Below are positions 38,995 to 52,074 of a DNA stretch of 64,000 nucleotides, in pieces. The position numbers were made by a program, and so were the translations under genes. The DNA comes from Pristiophorus japonicus (Eukaryota), in assembly GCF_044704955.1 (NCBI RefSeq), contig NC_092002.1:12152001-12216000 (forward strand), written 5' to 3'. Each line of letters begins with the position of its first letter. Position 1 is the first letter of the stretch. Under the pieces are notes generated by a model. It searched no databases and had not been told where the DNA came from. It saw only the letters and a program-made list of their open reading frames with translations.

Positions 38995-40895
38995 GTAGCA
39001 TAGCGGCTATGTTGCTGGGCTAGTAATCTAGAGGCCTGGGCTAATGATCCAGAGACCCGAGTTCAAATCCCGCCACGGCAGCTGGAAGGATATAAATTCA
39101 GTAAATTAAATAAGTCTGGAGTATACAGCTAGTGTCGGTAATGGTGACCGAATTGTCGTCATAGCCCACTAATAGAATGCTGCACTGTCAGGTGCTGTCT
39201 TCCAGATGAGACATTAAACCGAGGCCCCGTCTGCTCTCAGGTGGACGTAGAAGATCCCATGGCTACTATTTCGAAGAAGAGCAGGGGCGTTCTCCCCGGT
39301 GTCCTGGGGCCAATATTTATCCCTCAATCAACACAACAAAAACAGATTATCTGGGTCATTATCACATTGTTGCTTGTGGGAGCTTGCTGTGCGTATTTTG
39401 GCTGCCGTGTTTCCTACATTACAACAGTGACTACACTTCGAAAGTGCTTCATTGGTCATAAAGCACTGTGGGACGTCTGGTGGTCGTGAAAGGCGCTATA
39501 TAAATGCAAGTCATTAATGTCCTTTAGGGAAGGAAATCTGCCGCCCTCACCCCGGTCTGGCCTATATGTGACTCCAGACCCACAACAATGTGGTTGACCC
39601 GTAACTGCCCCTCTGAAATGGCCTCTGGATTGTCTCCACATCACGGAGCTAAATATTCCGGGCGCATTTTGTGCAGAAGATCCGCTTTCTCTTATTTACT
39701 GAAAACCAAGGCTCCGTCCTTGGGCATATTTGGGGGTGAGAGGGCTTCGCTCGCCTGTTACTGGGCTTCTCCCCGCAGACAGCCAGCAAGGGGACTGAAC
39801 ACGATGCCGTGAGATACGGGCCGGGTTCCTAAGTCCCCTCGGCGCTGCCGGTTTTTGTTTCTCTGCTTCTTTGCTTCAGGGTCTTGAGTGTGAAAAATCT
39901 TAAGCTGACACTCCACCCCAGTGCAGTGCTGAGGGAGCGCCGCACTGTCGGAGGGGCCGTCTTTCGGATGAGACGTTAAACCGAGGCCCCATCTGCGCGC
40001 TCAAGAAAGACTTGCATTTAGATAGCGCCTTTCGCAACCACCGGACGTGTCTCGAACTGAATTTGAGCTTTTTAAAAAAAATTAATTCAGTGGACGCAAA
40101 AGACACTATTTCGAAGAAGAGCAGGGGAGTTATCCCCGGTGTCCTGGGGCCAATATTTATCCCTCAATCAACATAACAAAAAACAGTTCATCTGGTCATT
40201 ATCACATTGCTATTTGTGGGAGCTTGCTGTGCGCAAACTGGCTGCCGCGTTTCCTACATTACAACAGTGACCACACTTACAAAGTACTGGCTGTAAAGCG
40301 CTTTGGGACGTCCGGTGGCCATGAAAGGCGCTATATAAATGCAAGCCTTTCATGGCTTAAAGGGTTAAACTACGAGGGCAGGTTGCGTAAATGTGGTTCA
40401 CGCTCCCTTGAGTTCAGAAGGTTGACGGCCGATCCAATTGGGGTGCTTAAAATGGTAAAATGATTCAATAGGGATAGACACAGAGAAACTATTTGCTCTG
40501 TTGCGGGAATCCACCACAAGGTGGGGATAGTGTTAAGATGACAGTGAGGACATTTAGGAGTGAGATCAGGCAGCCTTTTTAATCTGGAACATTGCTGTTT
40601 GTGGGAGCTTGCTGTGCGCAAACTGGCTGCCGCGTTTCCCACATTACAACAGTGACCACGCTCCAAAAAGTACTTCATTGGTTGTAAAGCGCTTTTGGGA
40701 CGTACGGTGGTCGTGAAAGGCGCTATATAAACGCAAGTCTTTAATGTCCTTTAGGGAGGGAAATCTGCCGCCCTTACCTGGTCTGGGGCCTATACGTGAC
40801 TCCAGACCCACAGCAATGTGGTTGACGTTGAAATGGCCCAGCGAGCCACTCCGTTGTCACCACCGCCTTCTCGAGGGCAATTCGGGATGGCCAAT
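38995..40895 (+). mobile_element. Cluster of nested SINEs (Deu-domain SINE copies inside or next to a second tRNA-headed SINE family) with CR1 debris
   Basis: Head with GAGTTCAAATCCC at about 39059; Deu cores at about 39180-39510, 39900-40350 and 40590-40742; second-family core TCCTTTAGGGAAGGAAATCTGCC at about 39520 and 40747. Confidence 0.75.
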
Positions 40896-41218
40896 CACCA
40901 TCATCGTCACAGGCAGTCCCTCAAAATCGAGGAAGACTTGCTTCCACTCTAAAAGTGAGTTCTCAGGTGGCTGCACAGTCCAATACTAGAACCACAGTCC
41001 CTGTCACAGGTGGGACAGACAGTGGTTGAGGGAAAGGGTGGGCGGGGAGTCTGGTTTGCCGCACGCTCCTTCCGCTGCCTGCGCTTGCTTTCTGCACGCT
41101 CTCGGCGACGAGACTCGGGGTGCTCAGCGCCCTCCCGGATGCTCTTCCTCCTCTTAGGGCGGACTAGTCTTTGGCCAGGGACTCCCAGGTGCCGGTGGGG
41201 AATGTTGCACTTTATCAG
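40896..41218 (-). mobile_element. 5'-truncated RTE 3' end with a 15-bp target-site duplication
   Basis: Homologous to 14712-15320. Flanks TTCGGGATGGCCAAT (40881-40895) and TTAGGGATGGGCAAT (41219-41233) are 13/15 identical. Confidence 0.85.
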
Positions 41219-41395
41219 TTAGGGATGGGCAATAAATGCCAGCGATGCCCATGTCCCATGAATGAATTTTTTTTTTTTTAAAAAAAGCTCACATTCAGTT
41301 TGCGAGGTGTCCGGTGGTCAGGAGAGAGGCACGATACAAATGCAAGTCTTTCTTGGCAAGCAGTTAACGGTGGTTTCTTTCTCCTTGCGCCACAG

Positions 41396-42673
41396 AGGTT
41401 CATCGACAAGACCAAGGTGACGTGCCTGAAGTGGGTGCCGGAGTCCGAGAGCCTGTTCCTGGTCGCCCACACCAGCGGCAACCTGTACCTGTACAATGTG
41501 GAGCACCCCTGTGGCACGGCGGCCCCCCACTACCAGCCGCTGAAGCAGGGCTCCGGCTTCTCCGTCTACGCCTGCAAGAGCAAGTCGTGCCGTAACCCGC
41601 TGCTGAAGTGGTCGGTGGGCGAGGGGGCCATGCACGCCTTCGCCTTCGCTCCCGACGGCAAGCACGTGGCCTGCGCCAGCCAGGACGGCGGGCTGCGGGT
41701 CTTCCACTTCGACTCCATGGAGCTGCACGGGGCCATGAAGAGCTACTTCGGGGGTCTGCTGTGCGTGTGCTGGAGCCCCGACGGCCGCTACATCGTGACA
41801 GGCGGCGAGGACGACCTGGTGACGGTCTGGTCCTTCTGGGACTGCCGGGTGATCGCCCGGGGCCACGGCCACAAGTCCTGGGTCAGCGTGGTGGCCTTCG
41901 ACCCCTACACCAGCAGCGTGGGCGAGGGCGAGGCCCCCGAGCTCAGCGGCAGCGACGAGGAGCTGCCGGAGCGCCCCCCGCTGGCCCGGGCCCGCACCGC
42001 CAGCTCCCTGTCCCGCCTCTCCAAGCGCAACTCCGCCTCCGCCGACGGCCGTCCGCCGTCCAGCCTGACCTACCGCTTCGGCTCGGTGGGCCAGGACACC
42101 CAGTTCTGCCTGTGGGACCTGACCGAGGACATCCTCTTCCCCCACCAGCCCCTGTCCCGGGCCCGCACGCACACCAACGGAGTGGGTGGCGGCGGCGGCG
42201 GCCTTCCGTGGTCGCTGAGCGGCCTGGCGCTGGAGTCGGGCCCCGCCAACCCCCTGCCCCACTCGCTCTCCCGCTCCAACAGCCTGCCCCACCCGCCCGC
42301 CGCTCGCCCACCGGCCGGCAAGGCCCCCGCCACAGACGGGGGCGGCCCCTTCGCCGGCGGCGGCGGCCGGTTCGCCACGCTGACGCTGCACGACAAGGCC
42401 GCCGACAAGACCCACAAGCCCAGCCACGGTGTCGGCCACGCCGCCAGCAAGAGCAACGACAAGCTCCACCTGGTGCCCAGAAGCAAGCTCGACCCCGCCA
42501 GGGCCCTGGGCACCGCCTTGTGCCCCCGCATGGACGAAGTGCCCCTGCTGGAGCCCCTGGTCTGCAAAAAGATCGCCCACGAGAGACTGACGGTGTTGAT
42601 ATTCTTGGAGGACTGCATCGTCACTGCCTGCCAAGAGGGCTTCATCTGTACGTGGGCACGGCCAGGTAAAGTG
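41396..42673 (+). CDS. DMWD: DMWD exon 3 (WD40 repeats and long insertion)
   Basis: Acceptor CCACAG| and donor GTG|GTGAGT, 426 codons; MKSYFGGLLCVCWSPDGRYIVTGGEDDLVTVWSF, RFGSVGQDTQFCLWDL, KKIAHERLTVLIFLEDCIVTACQEG. Confidence 0.95.
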
Positions 42674-42899
42674 GTGAGTATGGGAGTGGCGGCTGGCCAG
42701 AGGCGTGGTCTCTGTCGCCTCCTCCAGCCCCACAACCCTCACTGCATGCCTCCAATTCTGGCCCCTTGAACATCCCCCCCCCCCACCCCATCTTGGATGT
42801 CCGAGGAGAGAATGAGTTTGAGCAGGAGATGGGACATTGAGTGTCAACAGAGTGAGGATGGAGGTTAAGAGGAACAAAGCAGGAGATAGACAGAACTTT

Positions 42900-43430
42900 G
42901 AGCAATAAGGGAATAAAGGGTTATGGGGAGCGAGCAGGGAAGTGGAGCTGAGTCCATGCGAGAAGAATAAGAGGGTATCTCATTGAATTCTGACGGGGTT
43001 GGATAGACTGGATGTGGGGAGGATGTTTCCCCCGGGCTGGGAAGTCTAGAACAAGGGGTCACAGTCTCAGGATACGGGGTAGGAAATTTAAGACCGAGAT
43101 GAGGAGAAATGTTTTCACTCAGAGGGTGGTGAACCTGTGGAATTCTCTACCACAGAAGGCTGTGGAGGCCAAGTCACTGAATATATTTAAGAGGGAGATA
43201 GATAGATTTCTAAACACAAAAGGCAACAAGGGGTATGGGGAAAAAGCGGGACTATGGTGTTGAGATAGAGGATCAGCCATGATCATATTGAATGGCGGTG
43301 CAGGCTCGAAGGGCCGAATGGCCGACTACTGCTCCTATTTTCTACGTTTCTATGATCAGATCAGCCATGATCTTATTGAATGGAGGAGCAGGCCAAATGG
43401 CCTACTCCTGCTCCTATTTCTTATGTTCTT
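42900..43430 (+). mobile_element. Nested CR1 3' fragments
   Basis: ORF 43012-43263 has CR1 C-terminal motifs; two tails are present. Confidence 0.85.
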
Positions 43431-44550
43431 AACATTCAAAGGATCAGTGACCATCGTAGAGAGATACAACAGAGAGAGAGAGAGAGAACTATCAATTCTG
43501 GCTTCTTCACGTCCCCGATTTTCATCGCTCCAATATTGGCAGCCGTGACTTCAGCTGCCTCGGTCCCTAAGCTCTGGAATTCCCTCCCAAAACCTCTCCG
43601 CGCCTCTCCTTTTAAAACGCTCCATAAAACCTACCCTTGAGACCAAGCACCTGTCCCAATATCTCCATATGTGGCTCAGTGTTGGATTTTGTTTTGCATG
43701 GTTCCTCTCAAACGCTCTGGGACGTTTTTGCTACATTAAGGGCGCTATATTGTTGTTGGTCAATTGAGAATAAGCCGCACTTGTATGCAGTCGCAAAGTG
43801 TGGTTTGTGAAGGGCTTGCCGATATTCTAGCAGAGTTCGCGGAAGCCATGCCACAAGTTGCACAGCTTCTGAGAGCAGTTTGTACCCATGTGTGATCTCC
43901 TTGTCTCTGTCACTTTCTCCAGCCCTGCAACCTTCCGAGCTCTCTGTGCTCCACCAATTCTGGCCCCTTGCACATCCCCCAATTTCCTTCGCTCCACCAT
44001 TTGTGGCCATGCCTTCAGCTGCCCGGGCACCAAGCACGAGAATTTCCTCCCTTAACCTCGTCACCCCTCTCTCTCCTTTTAAGATGCTCCTTAAAACCTA
44101 CCTTTGTGACCAAGCTTTTGGTCACCTGTCCTAATATCTCCTTTTGTGGCTCGCTCTATCTGCGTGCTGCCCCCTCGGTAACATCATCGAAAAGCACAGC
44201 GTCAGTTTCCACATGTACGCTGACAACACCCAGCGCCACCTCGCCACCACTTCACTCGACCCCTCCACTGCCTCTAAATTGTCAGACTGCTTGCCCCACA
44301 TCCAGTGCTAGATTGGCAGAAATTTTATATTTTTAATTTTTAATTAAATATTGGGAAGACCGAAGCTGTTGTTTTCGGTCCCCGACACAAGCTGTGTTCC
44401 CTGGCCACCGACTCCATCTCTCTCTCTCCCTAGCATCTGTCCGAGGCTGAACCAGACTGCTCGCAACCTCGGTGTCATATTTGACCCTGAAATGAGCTTT
44501 CCGGCCACATATCCGCAGCGTAACTGAGACCAAACTATTTCCCTCTCCGT

Positions 44551-47500
44551 AACATAGAAAATAGGTGCAGGAGTAGGCCATTCGGCCCTTCTAGCCTGCA
44601 CCGCCGTTCAATGAGTTCATGGCTGAACATGCAACTTCAGTACCCCATTCCTGCTTTCTCACCACACTCCTTGATCCCCCTAGTAGTAAGGACTACATCT
44701 AACTCCTTTTTGAATATATTTAGTGAATTGGCCTCAACAACTTTCTGTGGTAGAGAATTCCACAGGTTCACCACTCTCTGGGTGAAGACGTTTCTCCTCA
44801 TCTCGGTCCTAAATGGCTTCCCCCTTATCCTTCGACTGTGACCCCTGGTTCTGGACTTCCCCAACATTGGGAACATTCTTCCTGCATCTAACCTGTCTGA
44901 ACCCATCAGAATTTTAAACGTTTCTATGAGGTCCCCTCTCATTCTTCTGAACTCCAGTGAATACAAGCCCAGTTGATCCAGTCTTTCTTGATAGGTCAGT
45001 CCCGCCATCCCGGGAATCAGTCTGGTGAACCTTCGCTGCACTCCCTCAATAGCAAGAATGTCCTTCCTCAAGTTAGGAGACCAAAACTCTACACAATACT
45101 CCAGGTGTGGCCTCACCAAGGCCCTGTACAACTGTAGCAACACCTCCCTGCCCCTGTACTCAAATCCCCTCGCTATGAAGGCCAACATGCCATTTGCTTT
45201 CTTAACCGCCTGATGTACCTGCATGCCAACCTTCAATGACTGATGTACCATGACATCCAGGTCTCGTTGCACCTTCCCTTTTCCTAATCTGTCACCATTC
45301 AGATAATAGTCTGTCTCTCTGTTTTTACCACCAAAGTGGATAACCTCACATTTATCCACATTATACTTCATCTGCCATGCATTTGCCCACTCACCTAACC
45401 TATCCAAGTCGCTCTGCAGCCTCATAGCATCCTCCTCGCAGCTCACACTGCCACCCAACTTAGTGTCATCTGCAAATTTGGAGATACTACATTTAATCCC
45501 CTCGTCTAAATCATTAATGTACAGTGTAAACAGCTGGGGCCCCAGCACAGAACCTTGCGGTACCCCACTAGTCACTGCCTACCATTCTGAAAAGTACCCA
45601 TTTACTCCTACTCTTTGCTTCCTGAATGACAACCAGTTCTCAATCCACGTCAGCACACTACCCCCAATCCCTTGTGTTTTAACTTTGCACATTAATCTCT
45701 TGTGTGGGACCTTGTCGAAAGCCTTCTGAAAGTCCAAATACACCACATCAACTGGTTCTCCCTTGTCCACTCTACTGGAAACATCCTCAAAAAATTCCAG
45801 AAGATTTGTCAAGCATGATTTCCCTTTCACAAATCCATGCTGACTTGGACCTATCATGTCACCTCTTTCCAAATGCGCTGCTATGACATCCTTAATAATT
45901 GATTCCATCATTTTACCCACTACCGATGTCAGGCTGACCGGTCTATAATTCCCTGTTTTCTCTCTCCCTCCTTTTTTAAAAAGTGGGGTTACATTGGCTA
46001 CCCTCCACTCGATAGGAACTGATCCAGAGTCAATGGAATGTTGGAAAATGACTGTCAATGCATCCGCTATTTCCCAGGCCACCTCCTTAAGTACTCTGGG
46101 ATGCAGTCCATCAGGCCCTGGGGATTTATCGGCCTTCAATCCCATCAATTTCCCCAACACAATTTCCCGACTAATAAGGATTTCCCTCAGTTCCTCCTCC
46201 TTACTAGACCCTCTGACCCCTTTTATATCCGGAAGGTTGTTTGTGTCCTCCTTAGTGAATACCGAACCAAAGTACTTGTTCAATTGGTTTGCCATTTCTT
46301 TGTTCCCCGTTATGACTTCCCCTGATTCTGACTGCAGGGGACCTACGTTTGTCTTTACTAACCTTTTTCTCTTTACATATCTATAGAAACTTTTGCAATC
46401 CGTCTTAATGTTCCCTGCAAGCTCCTTCTCTTCCTCCATTTTCCCTGCCCTAATCAAACCCTTTGTCCTCCTCTGCTGAGTTCTAAATTTCTCCCAGTCC
46501 CTGGGTTCGCTGCTATTTGTATGCCACTTCCTTGGCTTTAATACTATCCCTGATTTCCCTTGATAGCCACGGTTGAGCCACCTTCCCTTTTTTATTTTTA
46601 CGCCAGACAGGAATGTACAATTGTTGTAGTTCATCCATGCGGTCTCTAAATGTCTGCCATTGCCCATCCACAGTCAACCCCTTAAGTATCATTCGCCAAT
46701 CTATCCGAGCCAATTCACGCCTCATATCTTCAAAGTTACCCTTCTTTAAGTTCTGGACCATGGTCTCTGAATTAACTGTTTCATTCTCCATCCTAATGCA
46801 GAATTCCACCATATTATGGTCACTCTTCCCCAAGGGGCCTTGCACAACGAGATTGCTAATTAATCCTCTCTCATTACACAACATCCAGTCTAAGATGGCC
46901 TCTCCCCTAGTTGGTTCCTCGACATATTGGTCTAGAAAACCATCCCTTATGCACTCCAGGAAATCCTCCTCCACCGTATTGCTTCCAGTTTGGTTTGTCC
47001 AATCTATGTGCTTATTAAAGTCACCCATTATAATTGCTGCACCTTTATTGCATGCACCCCTAATTTCCTGTTTGATGCCCTCCCCAACATCACTACTACT
47101 GTTTGGAGGTCTGTACACAACTCCCACTAACGTTTTTTGCCCTTTGGTGTTCTGCAGCTCTACCCATATAGATTTCACATCATCCAAGCTAATGTCCTTC
47201 CTAACTATTGCATTAACCTTTAACCAGCAATGCTACCCCACCTCCTTTTCATTTTATTCTATCCTTCCTGAATGTTGAATACCCCTGGATGTTGAGTTCC
47301 CAGCCCTGATCATCCTGGAGCCACGTCTCTGTAATCCCAATCACATCATATTTGTTAACATCTATTTGCACAGTTAATTCATCCACTTTATTACGGATAC
47401 TCCTTGCATTAAGACACCAAGCCTTCAGGCTTGTTTTTTTAACACCCTTTGTCCTTTTAGAATTTTGCTGTTCAGTGGCCCTTTTTGTTCTTTGCCTTGG

Positions 47501-48787
47501 GTTTCTCTGCCCTCCACTTTTCCTCATCTCCTTTCTGTCTTTTGCTTTTGTCTCCTTTTTGATTCCCTCTGTCTCCCTGCATTGGTTCCCATCCCCCTGC
47601 CATATTAGTTTAACTCCTCCCCAACAGCACTAGCAAACACTCCCCCTAGGACATTGGTTCCGGTCCTGCCCAGGTGCAGACCGTCCGGTTTGTACTGGTC
47701 CCACCTCCCCCAGAACCGGTTCCAATGCCCCAGGAATTTGTATCCCTCCCTGCTGCACCACTGCTCAAGCCACGTATTCATCTGAGTTATCCTGCGATTC
47801 TTACTCTGACTAGCACGTGGCACTGGTAGCAATCCCGAGATGACTACTTTTGAGGTCCTACTTTTTAATTTAGCTCCTAGCTCCTTAAATTCGTTTCGTA
47901 GGACCTCATCCCTTTTTTTACCTATGTCGTTGGTACCAATGTGCACCACGACAACTGGCTGTTCTCCCTCCCTTTTTAGAATGTCCTGCACCCGCTCCGA
48001 GACATCCTTGACCCTTGCACCAGGGAGGCAACATACCATCCTGGAGTCTCGGTTGCGGCCGCAGAAACGCCTATCTATTCCCCTTACAATTGAATCCCCT
48101 ATCACTATCGCTCTCCCACTCTTTTTCCTGCCCTCCTGTGCAACAGAGCCAGCCACGGTGCCATGAACTTGGCTGCTGCTGCCCTCCCCTGATGAGTCAT
48201 CCCCCTCAACAGTACTCAAAGCAGTGTATCTGTTTTGCAGGGGGATGACTACAGGGGACCCCTGCACTACCTTCCTTGCACTACTCTACCTGCTGGTCTT
48301 CCATTCCCTAGCTGGCTTTGGACCCTTCACCTGCAGTAAGACCAACTTGCTACACGTGCTACTCATGTCATTCTCAGCATCGTGGATGCTCCAGAGTGTA
48401 TCCACCCTCAGCTCCAATTCCACAACGCGGTGCGTCAGGAGCTGGAGGCGGATACACTTCCCGCAGACGTAGTCGTCAGGGACACCGGAAGTGTCCCTGA
48501 GTTCCCACATGGTACAGGAGGAGCATATCACGTGACCGAGCTCTCCTGCCATGACTTAACCCTTAGATACACTTAAATTTGCAACAACAATGTTAAAAGT
48601 TACTGACTGATATAAAAAAGAAAGAAAAAGAAAAGCTACTCACTAATCACCAGCCAATCACTTACCCCCTTGGCTGTGTCGTCACCTTTTGATTTCTTTC
48701 TACTTTTTTGCTTTCTCTCCCAGGTGGAGCTGTACAAGCCCCACCTCTCTCCCCGGACTGCCCGACTGCTGAACCTCTCTCGACGTT
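44551..48787 (-). mobile_element. Near-full-length CR1 LINE, inactivated
   Basis: 5' UTR, ORF1, ORF2 (endonuclease plus RT: NYRPVSLTS, VYLDFQKAFD, SGVPQGSVLGP, KFADDTKL) and 3' tail. Frameshifts near 47220 and 46515 and a stop at 45579. Confidence 0.95.
47605..48552 (-). pseudogene. CR1 ORF1 (zinc finger/leucine zipper plus SGNH esterase) with one premature stop
   Basis: CSSC..CGKC, VIGDSIVRG, HIGTND and DGLHL motifs. The two track ORFs are in the same frame, separated by TAG at 48288-48286. Confidence 0.9.
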
Positions 48788-48936
48788 CGTCCGTCTCCGC
48801 CTCTTGCCTCAGCTCATCCGCTGCTGAAACCCTCATCCGTGCCTTTGTTACCTCTAGACTTGACTATTCCAACGCACTCCTGACTGGCCTCCCACATTCT
48901 ACCCTACGTAAACTAGAGGTGATCCAAAACTCGGCA

Positions 48937-49608
48937 GCCTGTGTCCTAACCCACATTAAGTCCCGCTCACCCATCAACCCCTGTGCTCGCTGCCCCGTGT
49001 CCTAGTTCACACCGAGTCCCGCTCACCCATCACCCCCTGTGCTCGCTGCCCCGTGTCCTAGCTCACACCGGGTCCCGCTCACCCATCACCCCCTGTGCTC
49101 ACTGCCCCGTGTCCTAACTCGCACCGAGTCCCACTCGCCCATCGCCCCCCGTGCTCACTGCCCCGTGTCCTAACTCGCACCGAGTCCTGCTCTCCCATCA
49201 CCCCCTGTGCTCGCTGCCCCGTGTTCTAACTCGCACCGAGTCCTGCTCTCCCATCACCCCCTGTGCTCGCTGCCCCGTGTCCTAACTCGCACCGAGTCCC
49301 ACTCGCCCATCGCCCCCCCGTGCTCACTGCCCCGTGTCCTAACTCGCACCGAGTCCTGCTCACCCATCACCCCCTGTGCTCGCTGCCCCGTGTCCTAACT
49401 CGCACCGAGTCCTGCTCTCCCATCACCCCCTGTGCTCGCTGCCCCATGCCCTAACTCGCACCGAGTCCCGCTCACCCATCACCCCCTGTGCTCGCTGCCC
49501 CGTGTCCTAACTTGCACCGAGTCCCGCTTGCCCATCACCCCCTGTGATCGCTGCCCCATGCCCTAACTCGCACCGAGTCCCGCTCACCCATCACCCCCTG
49601 TGCTCACT
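48937..49608. repeat. 56-bp minisatellite (about 12 copies) derived from L2 ORF2
   Basis: Unit CCCGTGTCCTAACTCGCACCGAGTCCCGCTCACCCATCACCCCCTGTGCTCGCTGC; L2 sequence continues on both sides. Confidence 0.92.
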
Positions 49609-51554
49609 GACCTACATTGGCTCCCAGTTAAGCAACGCCTCGATTTAAAAATTCTCATCCTTGTTTTCAAATCCCTCCATGGCCTCACCCCCTCCCTATC
49701 TCTGTAATCTCCTCCAGCCTCACCCCCCCCCCCCCGAGATGTCTGCACTCTTCTAATTCTGTCATATTTGACCCTGAAATGAGCTTCTGACCAAATATCT
49801 GCCCCGTAACTGAGTCCAAACCATTTCCACTTCAGTAACATCGCCCGTCTCCGTCCCTTGCCTCAGCTCATCTGCATTCCCAATTTTAATCGCTCCACCA
49901 TCGGTGGCCGTGCCTTCTGTTGCCTGGGTCCCAAGCTCTGGAACTGCCTGCCTAAACCTCTCCGCCTCTCTTTTGACTTTAAGACACTCCTTAAACCCTA
50001 CCAAGCTTTTGGACAAGTGAGTAAAGGGTTATGTGGAGTGGGCAGGGAAGTGGAACTGAGTCCATGATCAGATCAGCCATGATCTTATTAAATGGCGGAG
50101 AGGCGCTCGAGGGGTCACATGGCCGACTCCTCCTATTTCTTGTGACATCCGCCCAGATTTCCCCTTGTGTGGCTCAGTAACAAATTTTGTTTTATAACAC
50201 TTCTGCGAAGCGCCTAGGGTCATTTCACTACAGTAAAGGCGCTGTAGGAATGCAAGTTGTCATGCATCTCAGATCCTGCGGGAACAGCCAAACAGAGTGG
50301 GTGGGAGGAGAGGGCGACGAGAGAAACCCTCCCCACTGATGGCAGAGGACCGAAGTTAGAGAAACACTTCGACACACAAAGGGCAGCAGACGTTTGGAAC
50401 TCTCTGCCGCTCACTGCAGTTCGTGCTCGGTCAATTATTAATTTTAAATCTGAGATTGTTGGAGGATTCTGAATGTAAACATGAGTTTGCTCGCTTTGAG
50501 GGGAGGGGAGGATGGGGGGAAAGGAGGGAGGGAGGGGAGGTTATTTTGTACCAGTCTTTATCCCTTAATACCTTTTTGGTTGACAAAAATCTACCAATCC
50601 CCGATTTAAAATTAACAATTGTCGCAGCATTGATTGCCGTTTGCGGAAGAGAGTTCTAAACTTCTACCGCCCTTTGTGTGTCAGAGTGTTCCCTAACTTC
50701 ACTCCTGAAAGGCCTATTTTTAGACTCTGTCCCCTGGTCCTAGACTCCCCAACCAGCAGGAATAGTCTCACTCTATCTACCCACCCTATCTGTTCCACTT
50801 AATATCCTGAAAACTTCGATCAGGTCACCCCTTAACCATCTAAATTCCAGGGAATACAGCCCGAGTTTGTGTAATTGCTCCTTGTAATTAATCAGGTCTG
50901 ATTCTGGTAAATCTCTGCTGCACTCCCTCCAAGGCCTGGTGCCCAGAACTGCTCACAGTGAACCCGGGATTATCCCTTTGGCCCTTTGGTACTTCACCCC
51001 TGGCCGTTTTTAAAGGGTTAACCCTAAACGGTGTGTGTTGACGGGGGCTGGTTCTCTGGAGGTGTTTCGCTGATCCTCAACCTCACGCCCCCCCCCCCCC
51101 CCACACATACACATAGGAGAAGAATCGCTGGACAGTGAGGAGGAGGGCTGGCTGGAGAGGGGGGTTGGGAGGGTGTGGTGCGTGGAGGGCTGGCTAGCGA
51201 GGGGGGGGGGGGTTGGAGGGCATGGGTGCGGTGCGTGTCGGTTAGCGATCAGGAGCAGAATCTCGAACATCCCCTAATGTGGAGGTGCTGTGACTACCTG
51301 TGAGGCTGCTACTGCTGTCTTGGCTAAGAGCATACTCTCGCAGGCTGTGTCGCGGCTCTAGGGTCCTCTGCAGGGCTTGGTGGCAGAGTAACGTTATCCA
51401 CCAAGGGAAGTCACTGTGGCCCACTCTGTACTGGTATGTTACAATTATAATACAGCGTCCCTGTGGTGGTTATTTTACAGGGGTAATTACTGATACTTTG
51501 CCCATTTACAAATGTTCTTAGTCACGACATTAGTCCCTTATCCCGCGAGGTGAC

Positions 51555-51850
51555 CCCTTAGCGCCTCCCAAACCCGGGACCTCTACCGCCCGGAAGGACA
51601 CGGACAGCAGGCGCATGGGAACACCACCACCTCCACGTTCCCCACCGAGTCACACACCATCCTGACTTGGCCGTTCCTTCATCGTCGCTGTGTCAAAATC
51701 CTGGAACTCCCTCCCTAACAGCACTGTGGGAGCACCTTCACCACACGGGACTGCAGCGGTTCAAGAAGGCGGCTCACCACCACCTTCTCAAGGGGCAATT
51801 AGGGATGGGCAATAAATGCCGGCCTTGCCAACAACGTCCACATTCCAAAA
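51555..51850 (+). mobile_element. LINE 3' end of a further family (tail shared with the SINE at 40860-41260)
   Basis: WNSLP motif and CACCTTCTCAAGGGGCAATTAGGGATGGGCAATAAATGCC; a reverse copy lies at about 60290-60385. Confidence 0.65.
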
Positions 51851-52074
51851 TCAAGGAAAAGAAAAAAAATAACACCTTTGTTGGAAGGGGAATGCGCATT
51901 TATCATCATTGAAATGTGGGGGGGGGCGTCCAGTGGACTCCACAACCGAGGTGTAGATAAACAGGCCCTGCCTCAAGGGTGGTGCTTATCTGAAACCTTT
52001 CCCCCACCCCCAGAGGGCAATACTGGATCAGTGAAATTTCCACGGCTGAGCACAGTAGGTTTGTTTTCGGTAAC

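Larger units (their letters stand above)
44150..49760 (+). mobile_element. L2-clade LINE ORF2 remnant split by a CR1 (44551-48787) and by an internal minisatellite
   Basis: FHMYADNTQ (YADD motif) at about 44210; YF.LRNI resumes as RLR..LSSSAAETLIRAFVTSRLDYSNALL at 48788; DLHWLP at about 49610. Confidence 0.85.

Noticed and set aside
41318-42877. 519-aa antisense ORF and 353-aa alternative-frame ORF over DMWD exon 3
   Set aside because: Expected shadow of extreme GC3 codon usage; no protein-like features.
51100-51250. Acidic stretch (GEESLDSEEEG) as a candidate for the extra penultimate exon of mammalian DMWD
   Set aside because: Wrong phase relative to the exon 3 donor, poor polypyrimidine tract and no convincing donor.
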